Shown: one piece after another, positions 6,995-16,026 of the stretch | How the letters are laid out: the number at the start of each line of letters is the position of its first letter | Numbering within the stretch: the first letter of the stretch is position 1 | DNA from: Anaerolineae bacterium | GTDB taxonomy: Bacteria > Chloroflexota > Anaerolineae > UBA7937 | DNA: 56,062 bases | NCBI GenBank assembly: GCA_034419095.1 | Contig: DAOULQ010000104.1 | Location: 1-56,062, forward strand | Direction: 5' to 3' | Position numbers and translations under genes: made by a program | Notes under the pieces: model-generated | The model's database searches: none | Told to the model about the DNA's origin: nothing | What the model saw: only the letters and a program-made list of their open reading frames with translations

Positions 6995-9834
6995 TCTGCC
7001 ACCTCTCCCAGTTTCACCGCCTCAAACAATCCCCCGCGCGCCAGTTGCCAGCCGCTGACTAGTACAGCCAGGGCGAAGATCAGGCCAAACACCCCATAGA
7101 TGGGCCAAATCTGGTTCCAGGCCACGTGTACCAGGAAGGGTGGGATCGCACCAGCAGTCCCTAGGAGCGGGCTAAAACCAAAACCGACCCATAGCCCCAG
7201 GGCCGTCCCGGCCACGCCACCCAGCACGATCAGCCCTGCCTGCTCGATAATGAGTAGACCCACCACCTGGGCCAGCGAGAAGCCCAGGGCACGCAGGATA
7301 CCGAATTCGACAGCCCGCCGCTCCAGCGACACCAAGCCATACAGCAGGAAACCCAGCACCGTCAGCGCTGCCGAGGCTACGAAGCCGACCGAGAGTAGCC
7401 CCAAGCCCCCTTGCCGTTCTGGCCGGGCCTGCTCAGCAGCGATCTGGGCCCTGGCATCGCGCACCAGAGCTACTCGCACGCCCCAGGCCCACAATTGACG
7501 CACGATGGCTCCCGTGTCTGCCTCTGGCGTGGTGGTAACCCAGACCTCGTAGGGGGCTGGTCCACGCAGTTGCGCAAACAGGTAAGTCAGGTTGCCGATG
7601 AAGAGCGGTCCTTCTGCGGGGTCAGCCCGGGGGAAGTGGTCCACCACTCCGACGATGACGAAGGGGATCTCCTTACTTTGACCGGCAACGGTAACCCTCA
7701 GATGGAGCCGGTCGCCCAACTCCAGGCCGCTTCCGGCCAGAAATGGACGGGTGATCAACAGCCCTGTCGGCCGCCCTCGAAGTGCGTCCATCAGTGCTTC
7801 CAGCGGGCGGGAGGAAAAATCAGGCCGGAAGAACGCCACCAGAGGGAAATGGGCCGCGTCCACGCCGACGAAACGCCCCTCGAACAGTTGGCCCCCTAGT
7901 CGGGTATAGGCGGGGTAATCGCCCACCCGAGTTGCGGCGCGCACACCGGGGAGAAGCAAGTGCTGACTAATGGGGAGAGGGCTGGAATCGGTAATCTCCA
8001 CTAGGCTCAGGTCGGCTCCAGTCTCGTAGTAGGTACGGTCGGCCAGGTTGGCATTAAGGGTCTCAGCCATGGAGGCGCTGAAGATAGCCAGACTCAGGGT
8101 GAGGATCAGGAGGATCAGCGGCCCGCTGTGGGTGCGCACCGTGCGCGCCAGGTCTTGGAGCGCCAGTCCCCACTCGACCCCCGGCAACGCCCGGCTCAAG
8201 TGGGCCGCAGCCCGGACTAGCAACAGGCACAACCGCACGAAAAGCAATGTCCCGGCCAGGACGAACAGCGTCGGGGCCAGAAATAGTAGCGGGTTCCCCA
8301 GCGGATCGTCCCCCACAGTCAGCCCGCCCCGCTCCTCTAATATCCTGTAGCCGTACCAGGCGGCGAGAAGCAGCAACAAGTCAAGGAACGCGCGCTGCCA
8401 GAGGGGACGTTGAAGCGTCCGGGCAACCTCCTGCTTATAGGTCACCGGCGTATGACGTGCTGTGGCAGCGGCCTGGCTCAGTCCCAGGACCAGGGCCAGG
8501 CCTACGATGGCGGCCGCAAAGCGCACGCTGGCCCACGGCACGCCGACCGGCAACGCCGGGCCGGGCGCAAACGCCAAAAAGCTCTTGGTCATCCCCAGCC
8601 CGCGGGCCAGCGCCGCGCCCAAGGGCGGTCCAAGAACCAGGGCCACCACCCCGACCAGCGACCCCTCTAGAACCGCGACGCCGATGACCTGAGCCACGCC
8701 AGCTCCTCGGCTGCGCAGCAAGGCTATCTCTCCTCGGCGACGTTGGCCGAGCAGGCCAGCCACCAACCCCAAGAAGAAGAGCACCAGCCCCAGCACCGGC
8801 AGGCTGAAGGCATACAAGGAAACCACCAACGCCTGGAACCGCTGCTGGTGTTTGGTCATCGCTTCCTCAGGTGAGGCGGTGAGGGTGACGTTGCTCAGGA
8901 GTTGGCTAGCCCGGGCCCGCAGTCTGGCGATCCGGCCCATGAAGGCTGGTACGTCGGCCGTCCGCGCGCTCCGGCCGTCGAAGATCAGAAACCAGGCAGC
9001 GCTATAGACCTCCCCGGACTGCGTCGTTGCTATTAGGCCGGTAAAGCTTTCTTCTGGCACCAAGAGCATCTCGTCGAAGGTGCTGGGGGGGTAGAACCAG
9101 GAGCGGTCGTCAGGATCTCGCGGCTGCCAGACGCCAGCGATGCGGAGAGGCACCTCGGAGGGCCAGCCCAGTGTGCTATCCGTTGCTTCTTGCACTAGCG
9201 GGTACTCTTGACCGACCTGAATGTCCAGTTCGTGCGCCAGCGGTTGACTGATCAGCACCTCCAAGACCCCTGCCTCTGGCCCGGCCGGAACCGGCCAGCC
9301 ACCAGCGGTGATCTGGATCTGCTCGGCGAGGCCACTGATGAAGCCAAGGTGCACGTTGGACACGGGTATCGGCCCTGCTGGCGAAGCACGGACCATTCCC
9401 AGTCGTCCGGTGGCAGCGTAGCGGATCCCGGCCTGTAGGGGCAGTCCCAAGGTCGAGGAGCTCTCGCCCACCAGATAGTTATCCAGGGAGAGGACTTCCT
9501 CCCATTCGAGCTGGCCGTACCAGGCACCCCGGTAGACGAATAGGAAGCTGAAGGGAGGCCGGCCACGCTCTCTTTCCTGCCCCTGCTCTAACTCCTGTCG
9601 CAACAAAGTATAGTTGACCGCGTCGGCATACAGCGGCACGCTGCTGACTAAGGCTACAGCCACGATGGTGCCCAAGGTCGTAGCGACCACGAGCATCCGC
9701 TCGTTCCAGGCGCGTTTCAGAACCACCCATCCGATGGAGCGCAGAGTATGCAAAACACCGATTAGAGATTTCGCGGCCAAACAACCCTTTCCTTCGCTCA
9801 GGCCCCCGATGTCAAAACAGCTACCAATGGCCAT
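6991..9834 (-). CDS. large FtsX-family ABC transporter permease (two FtsX modules, ~10 TM)
   Basis: 947 aa, multiple long hydrophobic segments and two large extracytoplasmic regions. C-terminal FtsX hallmark LERRAVEFGILRALGFS. The stop/start overlaps the ATPase gene (6991-6994). The exact N-terminus is uncertain. Confidence 0.85.
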   Translation of the reverse strand: MAIGSCFDIGGLSEGKGCLAAKSLIGVLHTLRSIGWVVLKRAWNERMLVVATTLGTIVAVALVSSVPLYADAVNYTLLRQELEQGQERERGRPPFSFLFVYRGAWYGQLEWEEVLSLDNYLVGESSSTLGLPLQAGIRYAATGRLGMVRASPAGPIPVSNVHLGFISGLAEQIQITAGGWPVPAGPEAGVLEVLISQPLAHELDIQVGQEYPLVQEATDSTLGWPSEVPLRIAGVWQPRDPDDRSWFYPPSTFDEMLLVPEESFTGLIATTQSGEVYSAAWFLIFDGRSARTADVPAFMGRIARLRARASQLLSNVTLTASPEEAMTKHQQRFQALVVSLYAFSLPVLGLVLFFLGLVAGLLGQRRRGEIALLRSRGAGVAQVIGVAVLEGSLVGVVALVLGPPLGAALARGLGMTKSFLAFAPGPALPVGVPWASVRFAAAIVGLALVLGLSQAAATARHTPVTYKQEVARTLQRPLWQRAFLDLLLLLAAWYGYRILEERGGLTVGDDPLGNPLLFLAPTLFVLAGTLLFVRLCLLLVRAAAHLSRALPGVEWGLALQDLARTVRTHSGPLILLILTLSLAIFSASMAETLNANLADRTYYETGADLSLVEITDSSPLPISQHLLLPGVRAATRVGDYPAYTRLGGQLFEGRFVGVDAAHFPLVAFFRPDFSSRPLEALMDALRGRPTGLLITRPFLAGSGLELGDRLHLRVTVAGQSKEIPFVIVGVVDHFPRADPAEGPLFIGNLTYLFAQLRGPAPYEVWVTTTPEADTGAIVRQLWAWGVRVALVRDARAQIAAEQARPERQGGLGLLSVGFVASAALTVLGFLLYGLVSLERRAVEFGILRALGFSLAQVVGLLIIEQAGLIVLGGVAGTALGLWVGFGFSPLLGTAGAIPPFLVHVAWNQIWPIYGVFGLIFALAVLVSGWQLARGGLFEAVKLGEVAE

Positions 9835-9918
9835 GGAGAGGAATTCAGAGCCGGCAGGGCTTGAACCTGTCTAAGGCACTTCCCGCAGGCTCATCCCCAT
9901 CGCCAACATGGCTCACAC

Positions 9919-10767
9919 TCATCCTTTCAACCCCGTGAGGGCAATCCCCCTAACGAAGTAGCGCTGCAGAGCCACGAACATCAGCAGAGCCGGGATGATG
10001 CTGACAGCGGTGCCAGCCATCTGAAGATGGTGGAACTGTGCCTCCATGCCATAGGTGCGCAGGCTGTTCAGAGCCAGGGGGACGGTGAAGAGATCACGCG
10101 ATTGCACTACCAGGAGCGGCCAGAGGAAAGCGTTCCAAACCGTCACGAAGTTGAACGAAGCCAGGGTGGCCAGAGCCGGACCACTCAGAGGGAGGATGAT
10201 CTGCCAATAGATACGGAACTCAGAAGCACCGTCAATGCGGGCAGCGTCAAGGAGTTCGTCGGGGATGTCTAGGATGAACTGGCGCATCAGGAAGATCCCA
10301 TAGGCGCTGACGACGCTTGGCAAGATCAATCCAGCGTAGTTGTTCAACCAGCCGAGTTGCTTAACGATGTAAAAGACCGGAATCAGAATGACAAAGAACG
10401 GGATCATCATACTTGCTAGAACAAGTATGAAGAGAACGTTGCGCCCTGGGAAATCATACTTCGCAAAGGCGAAACCGCACAAAGAACTGATGAAAATGAT
10501 CCCCACCACTGTGAGGCTTGAGACCAACAGGCTATTGAGATAGGCACGCATTAGAGGTACGACGTGCGTAACGTCAACGTAATTCTGCCACTGAGGTTGC
10601 GCAGGCAAGAGCGGCGGTGGCAACCTGCTGACCTCCAGGGAGGTCATCAATGAGGCGGAGAACATCCAAAAGAATGGCAAGAGCATCCAGGCGCCCGCGA
10701 GAGCCAAGATGAGGTACTTGAGTATGGGTCCGGCCACGGCCAGAGCGGTCAGTTGTCGCTTCACCAT
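9919..10767 (-). CDS. CUT1 carbohydrate ABC transporter permease (MalG-like)
   Basis: 282 aa, 6 TM. EAA loop DELLDAARIDGASEFRIYWQIILPLSGPAL. RBS GAGGAGGGG before the ATG. Confidence 0.9.
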   Translation of the reverse strand: MVKRQLTALAVAGPILKYLILALAGAWMLLPFFWMFSASLMTSLEVSRLPPPLLPAQPQWQNYVDVTHVVPLMRAYLNSLLVSSLTVVGIIFISSLCGFAFAKYDFPGRNVLFILVLASMMIPFFVILIPVFYIVKQLGWLNNYAGLILPSVVSAYGIFLMRQFILDIPDELLDAARIDGASEFRIYWQIILPLSGPALATLASFNFVTVWNAFLWPLLVVQSRDLFTVPLALNSLRTYGMEAQFHHLQMAGTAVSIIPALLMFVALQRYFVRGIALTGLKG

Positions 10768-10779
10768 ATTTTCCCCTCC

Positions 10780-11736
10780 TCACGAGCGTTCTTGCAAGAG
10801 ACGCAACTGGATAAACGTGATGACGAAGATGATGACGAACAGAATGACCGCCATAGCGGTCGCGCGGCCCATGCGGAAGAACTTGAAAGCTGTGTTGTAC
10901 ATGTGGAGCACTACCACCATGGTGCTACCGGCCGGACCGCCTCCACTCGTCTCCCCGGCGACACCCGTGGTGGCGGCGAAGACGATGTCGAACACCTGGA
11001 GGGCACCAATGGTGTTGGTAACTACGATGAAAAGCAGCACCGGGCGTAGCAGAGGCAGAGTGATATGCCAGAAGGTTTGCCACCGGTTGGCCCCATCCAC
11101 AGCCGCGGCGTCGTAATACTCGCCAGGGATCCCCTGCAGCCCTGCCAGATAGATGATGATATAGTAACCCACATACTGATACACAGCGATGCCGATGATG
11201 CAAGCCAACGCCTGCTCCGGGCTAGAGAGAAACGGCTGGCGCGGAAAGCCAAACAGTCCCAAGAGGGTGTTGACGAGACCATAGTTCTTGTTTAGCAGCG
11301 TAGACCACATCATGCCCAGTGCTAGAGGTGCTGTGACGATTGGAAGGAAGAAGAGAGTACGCCAGAAGACGCGAGCCCGCAGGCGAGTGTTGAGCAGCAG
11401 TGCGAAGAGTAACCCCAACACAGTGTTGATACCAACTCCGCAAATGGTGAAGACAAATGTATTGCGTAGGCCTCGCCGGAAGATCGCATCCTTGGTTAGG
11501 AGATAGCGGTAGTTCTCTAGTCCCACAAATGGCATCTGAGAGATCGGCTCGATGAGATTCCAATTGTGCACGCTCACCCAGAGGGTGAACAGAATAGGAC
11601 CAATGGCGAAGAGAAGAAGCGCGAGGATGGCAGGGCTGACGAAGAGATAGGCCCACAGTGCCCTCCGAGGCAGAAGCCTACGCCTAGCCTGCACCAAGAG
11701 AGGCGTCACATCAGGCATCGTCAATCTATTGCTCAC
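10780..11736 (-). CDS. CUT1 carbohydrate ABC transporter permease (MalF/UgpA-like)
   Basis: 318 aa. EAA loop GEYYDAAAVDGANRWQTFWHITLPLLRPV. GTG start at 11736 with AGGGGGA upstream. Confidence 0.9.
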   Translation of the reverse strand: MSNRLTMPDVTPLLVQARRRLLPRRALWAYLFVSPAILALLLFAIGPILFTLWVSVHNWNLIEPISQMPFVGLENYRYLLTKDAIFRRGLRNTFVFTICGVGINTVLGLLFALLLNTRLRARVFWRTLFFLPIVTAPLALGMMWSTLLNKNYGLVNTLLGLFGFPRQPFLSSPEQALACIIGIAVYQYVGYYIIIYLAGLQGIPGEYYDAAAVDGANRWQTFWHITLPLLRPVLLFIVVTNTIGALQVFDIVFAATTGVAGETSGGGPAGSTMVVVLHMYNTAFKFFRMGRATAMAVILFVIIFVITFIQLRLLQERS

Positions 11737-11767
11737 CGGCTATCCCCCTAATTCAGCTTCAAGTGGA

Positions 11768-11798
11768 GAAGGGGAGCCACGTCCACTTGCTCCCCTTC
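11768..11798 (-). promoter_or_regulatory. GC-rich intercistronic stem-loop between the binding-protein and permease genes
   Basis: GAAGGGGAGC (11768-11777) pairs with GCTCCCCTTC (11789-11798). An alternative helix AAGTGGA/TCCACTT overlaps it. No U-tract follows. Confidence 0.4.
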
Positions 11799-11815
11799 CC
11801 CTTCCATGTTCCTGG

Positions 11816-13153
11816 TTATCGCTTTTCTGCGAGAATACGATTGGCCTCCTCCGCTGCGTAAGTCAGGGCTGCCTCGGGCGATTTCTGCCCAAACCATGCC
11901 GCTTCGATCTCGGTCTGCAACGTGGTCTTCACCTCCTGGCCACCAGCCACCACCGGCTCGGGCCGGGCGACAGCGGCCGAGTCGATGAAGGGTTGCATAA
12001 ACTCATCGTAGCGATCAGCTAGCGCTCCCTGGTCAGAAAGGCGGCTGGGGATAGCGCCATAGGCGCTGGTCAAGAAGTCGCCGATGGGCGAGGCTTCGCC
12101 CTCCGCGGGAGGCGTGTTCAACCATTCGACTAGTTTCCAGGCCTCCTCGCGGTACTTGCTACCATTGTCCACGCCGAAGAGCCAGTTGTACTGGAGAGTG
12201 GCCGACTCGCCATTAGGCCCATGGGGGATGGGAGCGACGCCTACGTTCTCATAGCCGTCTAAGAAGGTATCCTTGAGGGTAGCCTGCCACCAGTTGGCCA
12301 TGATGATCATCGCCCCCTTGCTGTTCGGGAAGTCCCACCCGCTTACACCGAGATCGGTACACTTGTCCTCGATCATGTCCATGTACAACTGGAGGGTGGC
12401 CAGGCCTTCTGGGCTGTTGAATAGGGCCTCGGTCCCGTCGGCACTCAGGTATTCTCCGCCGTTGGACCAGAGCAGGGACAGGAACGGGTGGACAACCCCC
12501 GAGTCCCACCCTGGGATGAGCAGGAAGCCAGCCATCGTGACACTGCCGTTGGCATCCACTTGACTGATCGCGCAAGCCATCTCCTTGAGCTCATCCCAGG
12601 TTTCTGGAGGCTTGTTGTAGCCGGCCTCGGCCAGCATTTTCTTGTTGTAGAGCAACTGGTAGGTGTTGATCTCGGTCGGGTAGCCCCAGACCTGGTCCAT
12701 GTAGGTCACGGCCTCGATGGAACCGGGGCTGTAGTTAGCCTTGATGTCGGCGAGCACCTCCTCGGGTGGGACAGCCAACATGCCGCCCTTGACAAAATCG
12801 GGCAGCCAAAGGTTGTAGAAGTGATAGATGTCTGGGCTGATACCGGCAGCGCGGGCAGTGGTGATTTTGGTCAGGAGCTGGTCGAAGGTCACGGTCTGAT
12901 ATTCGATGGTAACGTTGGGATGAAGTTGCATATACTCGTCAAGCCGGGCTTGCATGGGCTTGAGGGACGACTCTTCACCCCAGTGGGTCAACACGACCAG
13001 TTTCACCGGGGCTGGGGTGGGGGTCACCAGGACCTCTCTCTCTTTCTCGACGATCTGGGTCTCCACCACTACCTCGGGCGTCGCTGCTGGAGCACAGGCA
13101 GCCATTAGCAAAGCGACCATTACCAGAAGTGCGAACATGGTTTGCTTTCTCAT
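11816..13153 (-). CDS. ABC transporter extracellular solute-binding lipoprotein (family 1)
   Basis: MRKQTMFALLVMVALLMAACAP lipoprotein signal, then a typical SBP_bac_1-like sequence. ATG at 13153 preceded by GGAGGAGAG. The track start at 13267 adds an implausible 38-aa extension. Confidence 0.9.
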   Translation of the reverse strand: MRKQTMFALLVMVALLMAACAPAATPEVVVETQIVEKEREVLVTPTPAPVKLVVLTHWGEESSLKPMQARLDEYMQLHPNVTIEYQTVTFDQLLTKITTARAAGISPDIYHFYNLWLPDFVKGGMLAVPPEEVLADIKANYSPGSIEAVTYMDQVWGYPTEINTYQLLYNKKMLAEAGYNKPPETWDELKEMACAISQVDANGSVTMAGFLLIPGWDSGVVHPFLSLLWSNGGEYLSADGTEALFNSPEGLATLQLYMDMIEDKCTDLGVSGWDFPNSKGAMIIMANWWQATLKDTFLDGYENVGVAPIPHGPNGESATLQYNWLFGVDNGSKYREEAWKLVEWLNTPPAEGEASPIGDFLTSAYGAIPSRLSDQGALADRYDEFMQPFIDSAAVARPEPVVAGGQEVKTTLQTEIEAAWFGQKSPEAALTYAAEEANRILAEKR

Positions 13154-13226
13154 GACTCTCCTCCGTTGAGAAAAGGTAGACTCACAAAGATACTCTGCCA
13201 ATAGAGTAGCATCTCTTAATCTGTCC

Positions 13227-13239
13227 ATCACCTCCTTCC
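13227..13239 (-). promoter_or_regulatory. leader box GGAAGGAGGTGAT (complement of the 16S 3' tail), 73 nt upstream of the SBP start
   Basis: Read directly on the minus strand. The same 11-nt core AAGGAGGTGAT recurs at 33326-33338 (-) and 39868-39882 (+), upstream of the other two SBP genes. The true start codons have their own separate SD. Confidence 0.5.
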
Positions 13240-13319
13240 GTCTGCTGGAACACCGGTCGTACCGCACCCTCAGGCTGGCTTGCTAGCCTAGAAGGCGCTT
13301 ACCTCCTTGAAATGGCATA

Positions 13320-14339
13320 TCACTGCTCGTCCGAGTCTCTCTGATACAGCAACACCGCTTTGGCCGCTCCCAGCAGTCCAGCGCTCTCTCCCAGTTGTGA
13401 GGGCACAATCTGCACAGTCTCAGCCGATATCGGTTGGGCATTGTGGAGTACTACCTCCCTGATCTGATCGATGAGCAGATCGGCCTGAACCCCCACTCCG
13501 CCACCGACGATAACGATCTCCGGATTCACCAAGCTCACGATGTTGGCGATACCGACACCGAGGATCTCACCGATGCGATGGACCACTTCGCAGGCCAAGG
13601 CATCACCCTGCCGGGCGGCATCGAAGACCATCTGCGCATTCAACTTCTCATACGAGCCAAGACCCCACTCACGCAGAACGGAAGGCTCACTAGTCTGTCG
13701 CAACCTCTCTGCTGCCAACCGGCCAATGCTGGGGCCAGCGGCTAGGCTTTCCCAATGCCCAACTTGCCGAGCATATTTGCCAGACACGCGTTGTGTCCCC
13801 AGCACAAACCAACCGGCTGCACCGCCCAGACGGCTGGCACCACGGTACAGTCGGCCGTCCAGGATCATTCCACCACCGATGCCAGTACCGACGATAACGA
13901 AAACCACGTTCTGATAGCCCCGTCCCGCGCCTAACCACCATTCGCCTAGCACCGCCGTGTGGCCATCATATTCGATACGCACTGGCAAGTTGAGACGTGT
14001 GCTCAGTTCATCATGTAGGGGAACGTTCTCCCAACCAGGCAGGTTAGGTGCCCACACAATGACCTTGTGATCCGCATCGATCACGGCCGGAACCCCCACT
14101 CCCAGACCACGCACATCTGCAAGGCTCACCCCTCCCCGTGCGAGGTCATCCTGGAGCATCGTGGCTATCTGGTTGATCAAAGCCGGCGGACCACGTAGGT
14201 CCGTGCGTGCCTTGCTCATCTGCGAAATCTCCCCGGTGGACGTTATCAGCGCCGTTGCGGTCTTAGTCCCACCGATGTCGGCGGCGAGGATATAAACACC
14301 TGCCACATCTGCTCCCAATTTCTCTTCGCTACCCTCCAT
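13320..14339 (-). CDS. ROK-family sugar kinase (likely N-acetylglucosamine/glucose kinase)
   Basis: ILAADIGGTKTATAL ATP-binding start, GTGIGGGMILDGRLYRG. No DNA-binding N-domain. ATG at 14339 overlaps the upstream stop by 11 nt; a GTG ~14296 is an alternative. The track start at 14429 is an overlap artefact. Confidence 0.8.
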   Translation of the reverse strand: MEGSEEKLGADVAGVYILAADIGGTKTATALITSTGEISQMSKARTDLRGPPALINQIATMLQDDLARGGVSLADVRGLGVGVPAVIDADHKVIVWAPNLPGWENVPLHDELSTRLNLPVRIEYDGHTAVLGEWWLGAGRGYQNVVFVIVGTGIGGGMILDGRLYRGASRLGGAAGWFVLGTQRVSGKYARQVGHWESLAAGPSIGRLAAERLRQTSEPSVLREWGLGSYEKLNAQMVFDAARQGDALACEVVHRIGEILGVGIANIVSLVNPEIVIVGGGVGVQADLLIDQIREVVLHNAQPISAETVQIVPSQLGESAGLLGAAKAVLLYQRDSDEQ

Positions 14340-15108
14340 CAGGCGCGGTGGAACCACCGAGTCGTCGGATGAACGAGGTGTACTCCTGGAAGACTTGCTC
14401 GTTGTGTTCGGCCCCCGCCTCGGCGACATTGGGTGATACGAATATGGAGAGAGGCACCTGGCGGGCAGCCAGTTCCCGGGCGACCTCCGCCACCAGTGCC
14501 ATGGAGATTACGGTGGCAGCTACCGTTGACATCGCACCCACTTTCCCCTGCTGGCCTTCGATAGGCACTGCTGCATCTTCAGGAGGAACGCAGTTGTCAA
14601 TGACGATATCGGCGATGTCGGCCAATCGCTTACCCGACGAGTGGGTCGCCACCGAGATGCGATGATTAGCCAGGGATGTTACAGCCACTACCGTAAGCCC
14701 TCGCTCCTTGGCAGCCATGGCCGTTTCGACCGGGGCTGCATTTAGCCCGCCGTGAGAGAAAACCAACATAGTGTCCCGGGGATCAAAGTGATAAGAGTGA
14801 AGAACGTTGGCGATGTAACCCTCTTCACGCTCCAACCACAAAAGCTCACGTGCTCCACCGGGCCCAACGATGTTGAACCACATCAGACGAGGGTCCATGA
14901 TGGGGTGAAAGCCAACGAAGGAGCCATAGCGTGGAAAGATGTCCAGCACCGGGATTACAGAGTGTCCAGAGCCGAAGAGATGAACAGCGCGGCCGCTCTC
15001 AATGGAACCCGCCATCCGCTGTGCAGCCTGTCGAATGGGGAGCAGTTGGGTGCTTTCGATCCTAGTGAAGAGTGTTTTGACCTCTTCCAGGTATAGCTCA
15101 GCAGACAT
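14329..15108 (-). CDS. SIS-domain protein of the UPF0309 type (putative sugar-phosphate isomerase/deaminase)
   Basis: 259 aa: AVHLFGSGHS, VFSHGGLNAAPVE, VVAVTS, VIDNCVPPEDA. This pattern is typical of the UPF0309 SIS family. Confidence 0.75.
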   Translation of the reverse strand: MSAELYLEEVKTLFTRIESTQLLPIRQAAQRMAGSIESGRAVHLFGSGHSVIPVLDIFPRYGSFVGFHPIMDPRLMWFNIVGPGGARELLWLEREEGYIANVLHSYHFDPRDTMLVFSHGGLNAAPVETAMAAKERGLTVVAVTSLANHRISVATHSSGKRLADIADIVIDNCVPPEDAAVPIEGQQGKVGAMSTVAATVISMALVAEVARELAARQVPLSIFVSPNVAEAGAEHNEQVFQEYTSFIRRLGGSTAPDGG

Positions 15109-15194
15109 GATAGATCTCCTATTGATTTGACTGAGTAAGCGTTAGCCTCTGGCTTCACGCCGCAGTGGGATCTCAAAGAACAACCGGCGATTTT

Positions 15195-15935
15195 TCAGTG
15201 GGCGGGGTGTTCCTCGCCTACCAGCTCGACAGAGAGCATGTAGTTGTCTCCTCTGTAGACCGACTCCACATATTCGAACGGCCGCTGATCCTGATCGAGC
15301 GTCCTGCGCCGGATCAGCAACACTGGCTCGCCGCGACGCATACCCAGGATCTGCGCCTCACGCGAGCCACAGGCGCCAGCCTCCATCTGCTCCTGCGCTC
15401 GGGTTGGAACCAAGCCAAATCGCTCGACCAGTAGCCTGTACAGGGAGCCTGAAAGATCCTCTCGCAGGATGGCTTCGCAGCCGTCGAAGGAGAGATGACA
15501 GCACTCGATGCCCACCGGGTCGCTATTAGCTAGGCGGAGCCGTTCGACCAGAGCAACTTGCTGTCCGATTTCGATCTGAAATATCTCCGCCACCGTAGCC
15601 CTGGCAGGTACCATCTCCAGGCGCAATACCTGAGCGCTCGCGTGCTTGCCGCGAGCACGCATCTCCTCGGTGAAGCTCGTCAACCGAGAAAGCTTCTTTC
15701 GGATCTTGGGCCTAGCCACGAAAGTACCGCGTCCCTGATCACGACGCAATAGACCGTCATTGACCAGTTCGGTCAGAGCCTGCCGCACCGTCATGCGGCT
15801 GATCCCGTAGGTTTCGGTCAACTCCCGCTCGGAGGGAATGAGATCTCCTGGCTTCCATTCCCCCTGCTCAATCCGGCGGCGCAGCTCTTCCATCAATTGA
15901 TAGTACAGAGGTAAGGGATGGTTGCGATTGATCAT
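15195..15935 (-). CDS. GntR-family transcriptional regulator, HutC subfamily (NagR/DasR-like, UTRA effector domain)
   Basis: PLYYQLMEELRRRIEQGEW..PSERELTETYGISRMTVRQALTELVNDGLLRRDQGRGTFV winged helix, followed by a ~150-aa UTRA-like C-domain. Confidence 0.9.
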   Translation of the reverse strand: MINRNHPLPLYYQLMEELRRRIEQGEWKPGDLIPSERELTETYGISRMTVRQALTELVNDGLLRRDQGRGTFVARPKIRKKLSRLTSFTEEMRARGKHASAQVLRLEMVPARATVAEIFQIEIGQQVALVERLRLANSDPVGIECCHLSFDGCEAILREDLSGSLYRLLVERFGLVPTRAQEQMEAGACGSREAQILGMRRGEPVLLIRRRTLDQDQRPFEYVESVYRGDNYMLSVELVGEEHPAH

Positions 15936-15962
15936 GAGTTTGGTACAGTCCTTATGATATTA

Positions 15963-15977
15963 GGTTGTCTAGACCAG
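15963..15977. promoter_or_regulatory. dre-like operator (DasR/NagR-type) upstream of the HutC-type regulator
   Basis: TTGTCTAGACCA (15965-15976) differs at one position from the TGGTCTAGACCA core known for DasR/NagR. It lies 30-40 nt upstream of the regulator start codon. Confidence 0.5.
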
Positions 15978-16026
15978 CTCCATAATAACATATGAAACCT
16001 CACTTGTCAAGGAGTATTTCTGATGT

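Noticed and set aside
13291-13300. A second SD-like sequence (CAAGGAGGT) right after the ROK kinase stop, as a possible start of a small ORF.
   Set aside because: The only following start-like codons give very short or out-of-frame peptides. This is likely a chance match or part of the same leader phenomenon.
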